This document shows, in pieces, positions 46,455 to 56,460 of a DNA stretch of 64,000 bases. The stretch covers positions 24,542-88,541 of the forward strand of contig CALTZZ010000001.1 of assembly GCA_943913905.1 (NCBI GenBank), written 5' to 3'. The DNA is from an uncultured Dermabacteraceae bacterium (GTDB taxonomy: Bacteria > Actinomycetota > Actinomycetes > Actinomycetales > Dermabacteraceae). Under the pieces are notes generated by a model. It was given only the letters and a program-made list of their open reading frames with translations, searched no databases and was not told the DNA's origin. The position numbers and the translations under genes were made by a program. Position 1 is the first letter of the stretch. Each line of letters opens with the position of its first letter.

Positions 46455-47171
46455 ATGCTTGATTCCCACCCCCTCACTCCCCCGCAGGAACCGAAGCTCA
46501 CGCGCGCTGCCCTTGTGTGCACCGGGATTCTCATCGCGATTGCCGCCGTGCTGTTCGGTGGCGTCCTTGCGGCTGGAAAAATGTATCCGGCCGTTAGGGA
46601 GAACCTTCCCACTGTGCTTGCATGCACGGTGGTGGTGCTGGGGCTCGCGAACCTGGCGGCTGAGCTCCTGATTCTTCGCCGGTTCCAGATCCCGTTGAGC
46701 ACTGTTGGCCTTTCGCGCCCGAGCCTCCGCGTGCTTCACGTGCTATGGCAGATCCCGCTGGCGATCATCGTTCTGCTCATTGTTCAGGGCGCGGTGTTCC
46801 TCCTCTTCGCAGGAAACAACGGCACTGGCGGAGGAAGCTCCTTCTCGGACCTCAACCCCATGGGCGCTGTGCTCGCGTTTGTGGGGCTCGCGATCTTGAC
46901 CCCGCTGTGGGAAGAGATTTATTTCCGCGGCCTCGTGTTTGCCGCGGTGGGTCAGAAACATTCCACGATCCTGGCCATTGTTGTGAGTGCACTGTTGTTT
47001 GGAGCCGCGCACCTAGTGCCGATCCTTTTGCCGTACCTGGTGACGCTCGGCTTTATCCTTGCCTTGCTGCGGGTTTTCCACCGCAACCTTTGGGGCGGTG
47101 TTGCCCTGCACGTCACGGTCAACACGATCGCTTCGGCGTCGATCCTGGCGGTGCTAGTGCTAGCCTCATAG
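46455..47171 (+). CDS. CPBP-family intramembrane metalloprotease (CAAX protease/bacteriocin-processing family)
   Basis: Motifs WEEIYFRG and FGAAH within a multi-TM scaffold. Confidence 0.8.
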   Translation: MLDSHPLTPPQEPKLTRAALVCTGILIAIAAVLFGGVLAAGKMYPAVRENLPTVLACTVVVLGLANLAAELLILRRFQIPLSTVGLSRPSLRVLHVLWQIPLAIIVLLIVQGAVFLLFAGNNGTGGGSSFSDLNPMGAVLAFVGLAILTPLWEEIYFRGLVFAAVGQKHSTILAIVVSALLFGAAHLVPILLPYLVTLGFILALLRVFHRNLWGGVALHVTVNTIASASILAVLVLAS

Positions 47172-47274
47172 AACCGGACTGGCGTGCACAAGGTACATCT
47201 CTCACGCCCTGACCCGCACTACTTTCCCACTCAGGGCACCAGCAGTACACGTTGTGCACGGGGCCGCACCGTGC

Positions 47275-48015
47275 TCACCGCGAACGCTTGCCGAACAGTC
47301 CCGCGAAAAGTCCGGGATGCGCTCGCGAAGTGGCGTCGCGTACTTCGCCGAGCATTGGGAAACGTTCACGCAGCGCGCCTTCGATCCGCAGATGCAGCGT
47401 GACGTCCGAAAGGGGGCAGTGCCCGCACGCCCCGCCGAACGTGACGGTCACGGCGCCGTCGCGCACGTCTCCCACGGTCACTTCGCCACCGTGCGAGGCG
47501 ATATAGGGGGCGAGTTGGCCATGAACAACGTCGAGGGCGATATGGCGAAGCACTTCGTCTTCAGCGGGAACGGCGACCAGGGCGTTACCCGTTGAAGTGG
47601 TCGAAGAATCTGCCGACGCCTCACCACCGTGCGCGCTTTTCATAGCGAGTGAATCGCTCTGCCCGAGGCTCACGATCTTCGCATCGCGCAGCGCCGCGTC
47701 GATCCGCGGTGCCCACTCGCGCCAGTCGTGGTTGGCGTTCAGCCACACCCATACGGCGCGGGGTTCGGTGACCATGCGTGTCACGACGCCGCTCCGCATC
47801 AGCCCGCTCATGGAGTCGAGCTCGTTTCCCGCTTCGGCGCAGCCCGATTCGCGGCGTTCGCCCGATTCGCTCGATTCGCTCGATTCGCTCGATTCAGAAT
47901 CACCAATGGTACCCTGACCCCGGTCGTGGGTCTCCACAACCGACGGTTGCAGGTCGGCAGCATCCTCTGCGAGCAGCCATCGGCGCGCCTGAGGCTCACC
48001 ACCACATTTGGTCAT
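47275..48015 (-). CDS. NifU-like (Nfu C-terminal domain) Fe-S assembly protein with a Ser/Glu repeat linker
   Basis: C-terminal HGGEVTVGDVRDGAVTVTFGGACGHCPLS (CxxC). ATG 48015 (MTKCGGE...). SESSESSES is encoded by a 9-bp microsatellite. Confidence 0.6.
   Translation of the reverse strand: MTKCGGEPQARRWLLAEDAADLQPSVVETHDRGQGTIGDSESSESSESSESGERRESGCAEAGNELDSMSGLMRSGVVTRMVTEPRAVWVWLNANHDWREWAPRIDAALRDAKIVSLGQSDSLAMKSAHGGEASADSSTTSTGNALVAVPAEDEVLRHIALDVVHGQLAPYIASHGGEVTVGDVRDGAVTVTFGGACGHCPLSDVTLHLRIEGALRERFPMLGEVRDATSRAHPGLFAGLFGKRSR
47864..47897. repeat. 9-bp tandem microsatellite (gattcgctc)x3.6 inside the NifU-like coding sequence
   Basis: Direct reading: cgattcgctcgattcgctcgattcgctcgattcag. 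Confidence 0.85.
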
Positions 48016-48050
48016 ATGGCCGAGCGACAGTCCCACGGTGTCGAGCTCGG

Positions 48051-50030
48051 TCACACGAACGCGCCCACGATGAGTCGCGCGGCGAAAGCGCTGATCCAGG
48101 CCACGGCGAAGAAGGTGACGAACGCGAGTGCGGGCCACTTCCACGCGCCGGATTCACGTTTGAGCGCGGCGATGGTGCTGGTGCATTGTAGGGCAAAGGC
48201 GAAGAAGATCATGAGTGCCGCGATGGTGGGTGCGGTGAACAGCGCTTCGCCGTGGTGGGGACCGGGACCCCATTCCATGGTGGCGAGTGCGTCTTGCGGA
48301 TTTTCGGGGTCTTCGGCGCTCGCAATCTGCCCGAGGGTAGAGACGAACACTTCGCGGGCGCCAAGCGAGGCAACAACGCCAACGGTGATGCGCCAGTCGA
48401 ATCCGAGGGGCTCGAAAACGGGCTGGACTGCGCGGCCCACTGAGGCGCCCGCGGAGTGTTCAAGCTGGTAGGTGGCTACTTCTTCCGAATTGGAAACGTC
48501 AACGCCTGCGGCCTGCATGTCTTCATCCGACGCCGCCGGGAGGTTCAGGAAGGCCCACAGCACGATCGTGAGCACCAGAATGATGCCGCCCACTTTCCGC
48601 AGGAATCCCTTCACGGGAATCCACGTATTCGCCACTACTTGGCGGAGCGTGGGGATTTGGTAACTGGGCATTTCCATGCAGAGCGGGAGGGCCGACGCCG
48701 ACCCGCCGAACACTTTGCCGAACGCCCAGGCCCCGGTCATGGCGGCCACGGCGCCGAGCAGGTACATACCGAACATGGCGAGGCCTTGCATGGAAAGAAA
48801 CCCGACTCGCGCGTCGGCCGGGATCATCATCGAGATGAGCATTGTGTAGACGGGCAGGCGCGCGGAGCACGTCATGAGGGGCGCGGCCATCATCGTGGCG
48901 AAGCGGTCTTTGGCTGACGGCAGCGAGCGGGTGGCCATGATTCCGGGAATCGCGCACGCGAGGCTCGACAGCATTGCCACGAATGCGCGCCCTTCGAGGC
49001 CAGCGCGGCTCATCACGCGGTCCATGAGGAATGCTGCGCGCGACATGTATCCGGAGGATTCGAGCAGCGAGATCATGAGGAACAGCAGCGCGATCTGCGG
49101 CACGAACACGAGGACTCCGCCGAGGCCACCGATGAGTCCATCGGCCACGAACCCGGCGACCCAGCCGTCGGGCAAGTGGGTGCGGGCGAGTTCGGCCGCC
49201 CATGCGCAGGCTTCTTCGATCCACTCTTGGAGTGGTGCGGCGAGGGTGAAGATGACCTGGAAGAACGTGAGCATGGTCGCGAAGAATACGAGCGTGCCCC
49301 AGAGCGGGTGCAAGAGGATGGAGTCGATGCGGTGGGTGCGGGCGTCGGCCTGCGGTGCTTTCCATCCGGCGGCGGCGAGGACAGAGGTGGTCCACCTGTA
49401 TGCCTGCATCGGGTCGATTGGGGCAGGGAGTTCGGGTCGCGCCCATGCGTCCGTGTCTGCCATGAGGGTGCGCAGGTGGTCGAGTTGGCGCCTGTCGCCC
49501 GCGGTGGTGAAGACGACGGGGTGGCCGATGGCTTCCGAGAGTGCGGCTGCGTCGATTGCTCCGCCGCGGCGCACGAGTTCGTCGGAATGCGTGAGAGCCA
49601 CGAGAAGTGGCAGGTCAGCGCGTTGCAGGTGGGCGATGAGACCGAGGGAGCGTTGGAGGCTCGTCGCGTCGAGGACCGCGATGAGGGCGTCTGGTCGGGT
49701 GAGGTTACCGGAGTCGGTGGAGTCGGTGAGGGCATCCACGACGATTCGCTCGTCGGGGCTCAACGGGTCCAGCGAGTAGATGCCCGGGAGATCTTCGACC
49801 GTCACTGTCTCGGCATGTGAGCCGTGGTTGGGGCCGACGGTTGCCGGGCCTTCGTAGCGCGCGACCGTGACGCCCGGGTAGTTCGCTACTTTGGCACGCA
49901 GGCCGGTAAGAGCGTTGAAAAGCGTGGATTTTCCGGCGTTCGGGTTGCCGACGAGCGCGAAGCGTTGAGTGTGTTCGAGCGTGGCAACGGAGCCGGACCC
50001 AGGGGTGCCGGCAGTGTCGTGACAGCTCAT
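48051..50030 (-). CDS. feoB: ferrous iron transporter B
   Basis: N-terminal G-domain FALVGNPNAGKSTLFNALTG followed by a large polytopic permease domain. 659 aa. Confidence 0.9.
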   Translation of the reverse strand: MSCHDTAGTPGSGSVATLEHTQRFALVGNPNAGKSTLFNALTGLRAKVANYPGVTVARYEGPATVGPNHGSHAETVTVEDLPGIYSLDPLSPDERIVVDALTDSTDSGNLTRPDALIAVLDATSLQRSLGLIAHLQRADLPLLVALTHSDELVRRGGAIDAAALSEAIGHPVVFTTAGDRRQLDHLRTLMADTDAWARPELPAPIDPMQAYRWTTSVLAAAGWKAPQADARTHRIDSILLHPLWGTLVFFATMLTFFQVIFTLAAPLQEWIEEACAWAAELARTHLPDGWVAGFVADGLIGGLGGVLVFVPQIALLFLMISLLESSGYMSRAAFLMDRVMSRAGLEGRAFVAMLSSLACAIPGIMATRSLPSAKDRFATMMAAPLMTCSARLPVYTMLISMMIPADARVGFLSMQGLAMFGMYLLGAVAAMTGAWAFGKVFGGSASALPLCMEMPSYQIPTLRQVVANTWIPVKGFLRKVGGIILVLTIVLWAFLNLPAASDEDMQAAGVDVSNSEEVATYQLEHSAGASVGRAVQPVFEPLGFDWRITVGVVASLGAREVFVSTLGQIASAEDPENPQDALATMEWGPGPHHGEALFTAPTIAALMIFFAFALQCTSTIAALKRESGAWKWPALAFVTFFAVAWISAFAARLIVGAFV

Positions 50031-50380
50031 GCTGCTGCGGGAGTGTGGTGTTCGCGCACGATGACCCGGGAGGCGTCGGCGCCACGAAGGACCAGCTCAG
50101 CGCCCGCGATCTCCACCACGATCGGGTCACGCATCGGCGCTTTGCGTGCGAGACGCACGGGAACGCCCGGCGCGAAACCAAGGTCGAAGAGACGGCGGCT
50201 CACGGGATGTTCCGGATCTGAAAAACCCGTAATTTCCGCGAGGGTTCCGGCACGCAGGGCGTTGAGGGTGACACAGCCACCTTGCTGTGAATCGGCGTGC
50301 GTGGGCAGGCGCCGTGCCGCCAAGTCCGAGAACGGAGTAACGGTGGGAAGGGCGTCGGCGCCAGGACTCATCTGCAACAT
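50027..50380 (-). CDS. feoA: ferrous iron transport protein A
   Basis: SH3-like FeoA block LRAGTLAEITGF...RLFDLGFAPGVPVRL. Coupled to feoB by atga. Confidence 0.8.
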   Translation of the reverse strand: MLQMSPGADALPTVTPFSDLAARRLPTHADSQQGGCVTLNALRAGTLAEITGFSDPEHPVSRRLFDLGFAPGVPVRLARKAPMRDPIVVEIAGAELVLRGADASRVIVREHHTPAAA

Positions 50381-50390
50381 AAATGCAAGC

Positions 50391-50409
50391 TTAGGTTTGC
50401 CTAATTAGA
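50391..50409. promoter_or_regulatory. candidate DtxR/IdeR-type box just upstream of feoA
   Basis: TTAGGTTTGCCTAATTAGA matches 14/19 positions to the TTAGGTTAGGCTAACCTAA consensus, 11-30 bp from the feoA start. Confidence 0.4.
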
Positions 50410-50543
50410 AGCACAAGGCCAGAAGTCCTGAAAGTATGCGAGTACACCCCTCTGGCCCAACGCCTCGGTGGTGCTTTTGAAGTGAAATGCACGCCCCTTC
50501 GCCTCGTCCAAGGAGGTGCGGGCGATAGTCCCGGCTAAAGATG

Positions 50544-51077
50544 TCAGAGCTGGCGCAGCATGACGCCGTCGCCTTCCCTACCGGGAACGGCAACGAAGCC
50601 TTCGGAAAGGTACAGGTGTCGTGCCACATTGTCGGCTTCGACCGACAAGCTGACCTGCGCAATCCCCCGTTCTCGTGCGCCCGCGATGGCGGCTCGAAGG
50701 AGGGTGCGGCCCAGCCTGGCGCCGCGGACCGACGGATCCACCCACAAGCTCAGCTCCGGAGTCTCCGGATCGATGAATCCATAGCCGGGGTCTGTGACCG
50801 GAAGGAACACTGCCCATGCCACGCCGACGGGCTCACCGTCATGGCAGGCAACAACACCGAAGTCGCCACGCTCGGGCTCCAGCCTCGTGTAGTGCACAAA
50901 TTCGGGCCGGGACCGAACATCGTCAAGCGTGAACCGTTCCCCGCACCAGTTCATGTTTCCCAGCGTGGCCTGCTCGAGGAGCACCGTTTCGTCACGTCGA
51001 AGAGAGCGCAGGTCGCGCATGGGAATACACGTAGTTTCCGGCACCGGATCCGAGGTGAGTCGCCCCTCGTGATTCAC
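50544..51077 (-). CDS. GNAT-family N-acetyltransferase
   Basis: Acetyl-CoA binding motif VDPSVRGARLGRTLLRAAIAGARERG. Confidence 0.75.
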   Translation of the reverse strand: MNHEGRLTSDPVPETTCIPMRDLRSLRRDETVLLEQATLGNMNWCGERFTLDDVRSRPEFVHYTRLEPERGDFGVVACHDGEPVGVAWAVFLPVTDPGYGFIDPETPELSLWVDPSVRGARLGRTLLRAAIAGARERGIAQVSLSVEADNVARHLYLSEGFVAVPGREGDGVMLRQL

Positions 51078-51616
51078 GAATTCTCCGGCACGAGTGAATA
51101 GCCGCTGCCGTCGGCCTCGCGTTCCACGAAACGGAAATCCACAAGGTAGCGGCGCAGCACAGCCACATCGGGGTGGATGTGTTCGAGGCGCTCGTTGAGC
51201 TTGGGTTCGGAGAGTACTTCACCGGGTTTCAACGCGGTGCGGGCGACCCAGGCCAGCACTTCTTCGCGCTCCGTGAGGTTCGCGGGGTACTGGATGATTC
51301 GGCCGCCCTCCAAGAAACGGTCGATCCCCGTCTTTTTCGCGGGCGCGTTCGCGGCCAGCAACTTGCGAAAGATCGCGTCATCACGCGCGCCGCTATCGCG
51401 CACCAGCCCGGCAGCAATGAGCGAGTCTCGCACCTTCGCGCGCTTCGCTTTCGGCACGTTCTCGAGCGCGGCATCGAGTTCCTCGCCCAACATGAGGTGC
51501 GCCGCCACGAACCGTGCCTGCGGGTTCGCGAACACGGCGAGCAGCTGACGAGTGCCAGCCGCAGCATCAGCCGTGGAGCCGTTCGCAGCCTCACCGGGCC
51601 GGGCGTCGGGTGGCAT
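51074..51616 (-). CDS. DUF2087 domain protein
   Basis: C-terminal DRFLEGGRIIQYPANLTEREEVLAWVART...HPDVAVLRRYLVDFRFVERE pattern of DUF2087. Confidence 0.6.
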   Translation of the reverse strand: MPPDARPGEAANGSTADAAAGTRQLLAVFANPQARFVAAHLMLGEELDAALENVPKAKRAKVRDSLIAAGLVRDSGARDDAIFRKLLAANAPAKKTGIDRFLEGGRIIQYPANLTEREEVLAWVARTALKPGEVLSEPKLNERLEHIHPDVAVLRRYLVDFRFVEREADGSGYSLVPENS

Positions 51617-52011
51617 CAGCCTTGCACCGCGTAAATATCCACGGCGTTACCGTCCGGGTCGCGCAGCACGGCATAACGCTGACCCCACGCCGCATCGAAC
51701 GGTTCCACGTGCGCGGTCTCGCCCGCGTCCACGAGCTCCGCGAACAGGGCGTCCACCTCGCCGGGCGAATCGACCTCGAAGGCGAACGCAACCGTGTGCC
51801 CGCCCTGCGGCTTCACGTAGCCCGGGTCGTAGGCACGAACAGTGTCGAGGGTGTCCCACATGAGCCGGATTCCGTCGGGCAACAGCGCCTCAGCATGCGC
51901 CGCACCCGCGGCAGCATCGGGAACGTACACGCCGAGTTTGCCGTAAAACTCGAGCGAGGCCGCGAGGTCTTGGGTCACGATTCCAATGGCGTTCAAGCGT
52001 GGTGTAGACAT
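51616..52011 (-). CDS. VOC-family (glyoxalase/bleomycin-resistance fold) protein
   Basis: 131 aa; the VOC-family call follows established-knowledge domain recognition (N-terminal LNAIGIVTQDLAASLEFY, C-terminal DPDGNAVDIY). Confidence 0.75.
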   Translation of the reverse strand: MSTPRLNAIGIVTQDLAASLEFYGKLGVYVPDAAAGAAHAEALLPDGIRLMWDTLDTVRAYDPGYVKPQGGHTVAFAFEVDSPGEVDALFAELVDAGETAHVEPFDAAWGQRYAVLRDPDGNAVDIYAVQG

Positions 52012-52064
52012 AGAACCACGCTACTGTCCACACCCCGTCTTCGTCTAAAAGTTTTCGATAGCTC

Positions 52065-52961
52065 TTAGAGGCGGGTGCGCAACGCTTCGGCCAGATCGCG
52101 CGGTTCACGGCCCAACACCTCGCGCATGTCCCCACTCACCACATCGAGTTCACCGTTCGCCACAGCCGTGTACGTGGAAATACACGCGTCCACGAGCCAC
52201 TCAGGAGCGCCATATGAGGCCCGCGATTCGAGTGCCTCCTCAAACGTTTCATCCACGTAGCCATACTCGTCGCCGTACACGTCGGTGAGCACAGCCGCCG
52301 CTTCCTCAAACGTGACCGCGGTGGGCCCCGTAAGGTCGAGGGTCCGGTTTTCCCAGGCCGACGGATTCACCATCACCGCAGCGGCCACCTCGGCAACATC
52401 GCGGCGCGCCACATATGCGCAGCGCCCGGTGCCGCCAGGGCCGCGGATCACGCGCTCCTCCCCCGCGAAGTCCGGCAGCACGTCTGCATAGAACGAGTCG
52501 CGCAGGAACGTGAATGGGATACCCGATTCGCGGAGCATCGTCTCGGTCGCATCGTGATCGCGCGCCAGCATGAACGTGGCGAAGGGGTCCGCGCCAAGGA
52601 ACGACGTATACACAATGTGCCCCACGCCCGCGGCCACGGCCGCGTCGATCACGGTGCGGTGTTCACCGCGTCGGTCTTCCGATTCGGCGGCCGACACCAG
52701 CAGAAGCACATCGAGTCCCGCAAATGCGGCCTCGGCAGCTTCACGATCCGAATACACGGCCTCGTGCACGCCCACGTCCACGCCATCCGCGGCATCAATA
52801 TGGGGTGCGCGTTCGGCGCTGCGCACGATGAGGCGCAGTTCGCGGTCCGACGGCGTCGGCCCCTCCTCCCCGATCCGGCCAGCAAGCAGGCGCGCCACTT
52901 CCGCGCCCACCTTGCCGCTCGCACCAGTGACGCCGAAGCGTGTGGGGGTTGAGTCGTTCAT
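52065..52961 (-). CDS. NmrA-like/NAD(P)-binding atypical SDR
   Basis: Rossmann motif GVTGASGKVG. ATG 52961. Confidence 0.7.
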   Translation of the reverse strand: MNDSTPTRFGVTGASGKVGAEVARLLAGRIGEEGPTPSDRELRLIVRSAERAPHIDAADGVDVGVHEAVYSDREAAEAAFAGLDVLLLVSAAESEDRRGEHRTVIDAAVAAGVGHIVYTSFLGADPFATFMLARDHDATETMLRESGIPFTFLRDSFYADVLPDFAGEERVIRGPGGTGRCAYVARRDVAEVAAAVMVNPSAWENRTLDLTGPTAVTFEEAAAVLTDVYGDEYGYVDETFEEALESRASYGAPEWLVDACISTYTAVANGELDVVSGDMREVLGREPRDLAEALRTRL

Positions 52962-52963
52962 CG

Positions 52964-53923
52964 TCACACCAACTTCTGCTTCGCAAGCCATTCTTTGGCA
53001 ATGTCTGCGCTCTTCGTCTGCTCGTTCACGCTCTTCGCATTCAGGTCGATTAGCTCGCTTGTGGTGAGCTTCTCCGTCACCTTCGCGATCGCCTTACGTG
53101 CTGCGTCGTCTACCTTCGCGGTGACGAGCGGCGTCACGTTCTGCGGAAGAATGAGCGCTTCCGGGTCTTCCAAGGCCACAAGGTTGTTCTCTTTGACCGC
53201 CGGGCTCGCCGTGTAAATATTCGCGAGCTGCGCTTTGCCGTCGGTGAGAGCTTTGACAGTGAGCGGACCGCCCGAATCTTCAACTGGAACCACGTTGAGG
53301 CCAACGCCGTACGCCTCCTTCACGCCTTTCGGACCGAACGGGCGAGTTTCAAGTTCGCTGTTACCCGCGACCTTCAGGTCTTCATTCACGTTTTTGAGAT
53401 CGCCAATCGCCTTGAGCGAATTGTCGTCTGCAAACTTCTTCGTGGTGGTGTACGAGTCTTGGTCGGTTGCTTCCGCGAATGGGAGGGCCGTAAGGCCGTC
53501 GGGAAGCACGCCACCGAGCTCATCAAAGATGGCTGCCGGTTCCGCAGTCTCCGCTTTTTCGTCGTAGTACTGCAGCAGGTTGCCCGTGTATTCGGGAAGC
53601 ACATCTACTTTCCCGCTTTCGAGCTCCTTCATGTACACCTCGCGCTGGCCGATCTGGTACTGGCGCTCAACTTTGAGGCCTTCCTTCTCCAGCACCTGCG
53701 CGAAGAGCTCCGCGATGATTTCGTTTGAGTAGTAGGCCTGAGAGCCGACCACGATCGGGCCAGAACCGCCAGACTTGGCGGCGCCTGGTTCACCTGATCC
53801 TTCACCTTTTCCGTCGTTCGCGAGTGGGTCCCCGCTCGAGCACGCAGCCGCGAGGGCGGCGACTCCGCTCGCGCCGAAAAAGCCCAGCGCGTGTCGGCGT
53901 GAAAAGTGGGCTGATGCGTTCAT
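52964..53923 (-). CDS. glycine betaine/choline ABC transporter substrate-binding lipoprotein (OpuAC/OpuCC fold)
   Basis: Lipobox LAAACSS. PF04069-like region. ATG 53923 preceded by a GGAGG RBS. The track ORF extends to 54136. Confidence 0.75.
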   Translation of the reverse strand: MNASAHFSRRHALGFFGASGVAALAAACSSGDPLANDGKGEGSGEPGAAKSGGSGPIVVGSQAYYSNEIIAELFAQVLEKEGLKVERQYQIGQREVYMKELESGKVDVLPEYTGNLLQYYDEKAETAEPAAIFDELGGVLPDGLTALPFAEATDQDSYTTTKKFADDNSLKAIGDLKNVNEDLKVAGNSELETRPFGPKGVKEAYGVGLNVVPVEDSGGPLTVKALTDGKAQLANIYTASPAVKENNLVALEDPEALILPQNVTPLVTAKVDDAARKAIAKVTEKLTTSELIDLNAKSVNEQTKSADIAKEWLAKQKLV

Positions 53924-54050
53924 GGGATCCTCCATCGGGCTGCGGATGCGTTTGCCCAGGCTAGGCGACTGAACTGGACGAAGGTCGGACACAACCTGGA
54001 TGCCACCGCACCGTGTCCACAGCGGCCGCTTCGACCCAGCGCACGGGCCG

Positions 54051-54722
54051 TTAAGCCCGCGCCGCCTCCACACCTTTCGGCGCAAATACCCGCTGCACAG
54101 CCAGGAGCGCGAGGTCCACCACGAGCGCCAACACAATCACCAGGAGGGAGCCTGCGAGCATCTGGCCGTAATCCTGGGTTTTGAGCCCCAGGAAGATGAA
54201 TCGGCCCAGGCCACCGTTGCCCACGTATGCGGCGAGCATTGCCGTAGACAGCACCTGGAGCACCGCCGACCGCAGCCCCGTCATAAGCAGAGGCAACCCC
54301 AGTGGGATTTCCACGCGCGTGAGGATCTGCATTTCGGTCATGCCCTGCGCCCGCGCCGCATCCACCACGTGCGATTCCGTGGACTCCACGGCGCTGTAAG
54401 CACCGGCTAGCAACGACGGGATCGCGAGCACCACGAACGCGAGAGTGGGCGCGGCAAGCCCCACGCCCAACAGCAGTGCGAAGAGGGTCACGAGACCGAG
54501 TGTGGGCAGCGCTCGCGCGGCACCGGTGGCGAACACCGCGAGCCCGCGCGCTTTACCCGTATGCCCGATCCACAGGCCCAGCGGCACGGCGATCACTGCG
54601 GCGATCAGCACACCCAGCACCGTGTACCCCAGGTGCTCGAGGGTGCGGTTCAGGATGCCGCTCGGCCCGCCCCAATTCATGGGGTCCATGAGCCATTCCA
54701 GAGCTTCCATCACGAATGTCAT
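54051..54722 (-). CDS. osmoprotectant ABC transporter permease
   Basis: ABC permease with EAA-like loop region. Confidence 0.8.
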   Translation of the reverse strand: MTFVMEALEWLMDPMNWGGPSGILNRTLEHLGYTVLGVLIAAVIAVPLGLWIGHTGKARGLAVFATGAARALPTLGLVTLFALLLGVGLAAPTLAFVVLAIPSLLAGAYSAVESTESHVVDAARAQGMTEMQILTRVEIPLGLPLLMTGLRSAVLQVLSTAMLAAYVGNGGLGRFIFLGLKTQDYGQMLAGSLLVIVLALVVDLALLAVQRVFAPKGVEAARA

Positions 54723-55483
54723 GCGCGCACCCCCGGTTCTCCGTGGGCCGACGGCTGCTCAGTCTCACTCGTGGCCGCCCCGGCCCTCGTAGAGGCTCCC
54801 TCACGCGGGGAGGCTCCCTCACTCGAGGACGCCTCATCACTCGCGGGTGCCCCCGCACGAGTCCACGGCATGAGCACTTTCCCAATCAGCACAAGCAGCG
54901 CATCGACCGCGAGCGCTAGCACTGTCGTGAGCACGATACCCGCGAGGATTTCTGCCTGGATTCCGCGCTGGAACCCGTCGGTGAAGAGGGAGCCGAGGCT
55001 CGGCACGCCGAGCACGCCACCCACTGTCACCAGGGAAATCGTGCTGACGGACACCACGCGCAGCGTTGCCACGAGTGCGGGGCCCGCGAGTGGAAGTTCC
55101 ACGCGGAAGAACCGCGAATGCGGCGCAAAACCTTGAGCGGTCGCCGACCCAAGCACCATCGGGTCAACGCTGCGGAACGCCGTGATCGCCCCCGGCACCA
55201 TGAGCGCCAGCCCATACAGCGTGAGCGCCACCGCAATGTTGAACGGGCTGCGGAGCCCCGTGCCCAGCAGAATCGGCAACACGATGAAGAGCGGGAGCGA
55301 CGGGATCGCATACAGCAGGCCACTCGCAGCACCCACCGTGGATCGAAGCCAGCCCGCGCGGTCCGCGAGCTTAGCGATCACGATCGCGAGCACGAAACTC
55401 GCCACGATCGCCGGAACCGCCTGCAGCAGGTGCCACCACAATCGGTCACTGATCACCCCGAGGTTCGAGAGGACCCAGCTCAT
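54719..55483 (-). CDS. osmoprotectant ABC transporter permease (second)
   Basis: Polytopic permease, translationally coupled on both sides. Confidence 0.8.
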   Translation of the reverse strand: MSWVLSNLGVISDRLWWHLLQAVPAIVASFVLAIVIAKLADRAGWLRSTVGAASGLLYAIPSLPLFIVLPILLGTGLRSPFNIAVALTLYGLALMVPGAITAFRSVDPMVLGSATAQGFAPHSRFFRVELPLAGPALVATLRVVSVSTISLVTVGGVLGVPSLGSLFTDGFQRGIQAEILAGIVLTTVLALAVDALLVLIGKVLMPWTRAGAPASDEASSSEGASPREGASTRAGAATSETEQPSAHGEPGVRA

Positions 55484-56364
55484 GGCGTGCCCCCCTCCGC
55501 GGCATGGCTTCCAGCACGACGACCTCGGTGGCCACCGTCGGCCCCCGACGACTGCGACCCGAGCACGCCGACCGGTTTACCCTGCGCGTCTACCAAGACG
55601 TCACGGCCGTCCACGCGCCGAACGGTCAGCTCGCGCTGCCCAGAATCGGCACCCACGAACTCCCGCACGAACGAATCGGCCGGGTTCGCGAGGATTTCCG
55701 ACGGCGACCCCACCTGCGCCACCACACCACCGGGCTTCAGGATCGCGACCTGGTCACCCAGCAGGAACGCTTCGTCAATATCGTGCGTCACGAACACGAT
55801 CGTCTTACCCAACTCGCTTTGGATCCGCACCATCTCGCGCTGCAGTTCACCACGAACGATCGGATCAACCGCCCCAAACGGCTCGTCCATCAGCAGAATC
55901 TTCGGATCCGGTGCGAGCGCACGCGCCACCCCCACGCGCTGCTGCTGACCACCAGACAGCTGACTCGGGTAACGATCCGCCACACTGCGATCCAGGCCGA
56001 CGGCATCAAGCATGTCGAGCGCCTGCTCCCGCGCCTTCTTCTTCGGCACCCCGTTCAACATGGGGACCGTGGCCACATTGTCCAGAACCGTGCGGTGCGG
56101 CAGCAGCCCACTCGCCTGCATCACATAGCCAATCCGGCGCCGAAGCTTCACCGGATCAAGATTGGCCACATCATCGTCGTCAATCAACACCCGCCCCGAA
56201 GTCGGGTCAACCATCCGGTTCACCATGCGCATCAGCGTGGTCTTACCCGAACCAGAAGACCCCACAAGCGCCGTACACGTATGGCTCTCAATCGTGAGCG
56301 AAAAATCCTCCACCGCGCGCGTGCCGCCCGGATACACCTTCGACACCGAATCGAACCGAATCAT
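55480..56364 (-). CDS. osmoprotectant ABC transporter ATP-binding protein
   Basis: Walker A GSSGSGKTT, signature LSGGQQQRVGVARAL, Walker B LLMDEPFGAVD. Confidence 0.85.
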   Translation of the reverse strand: MIRFDSVSKVYPGGTRAVEDFSLTIESHTCTALVGSSGSGKTTLMRMVNRMVDPTSGRVLIDDDDVANLDPVKLRRRIGYVMQASGLLPHRTVLDNVATVPMLNGVPKKKAREQALDMLDAVGLDRSVADRYPSQLSGGQQQRVGVARALAPDPKILLMDEPFGAVDPIVRGELQREMVRIQSELGKTIVFVTHDIDEAFLLGDQVAILKPGGVVAQVGSPSEILANPADSFVREFVGADSGQRELTVRRVDGRDVLVDAQGKPVGVLGSQSSGADGGHRGRRAGSHAAEGGTP

Positions 56365-56460
56365 TCCAGGACCCTCCGCAACCGCACTCGCGGCACTGAT
56401 CTGGGGAAATACGAACCCGGCCAGGCTAGGGGTCGGGACTGGGAACAGGTCGGGTTCGTT

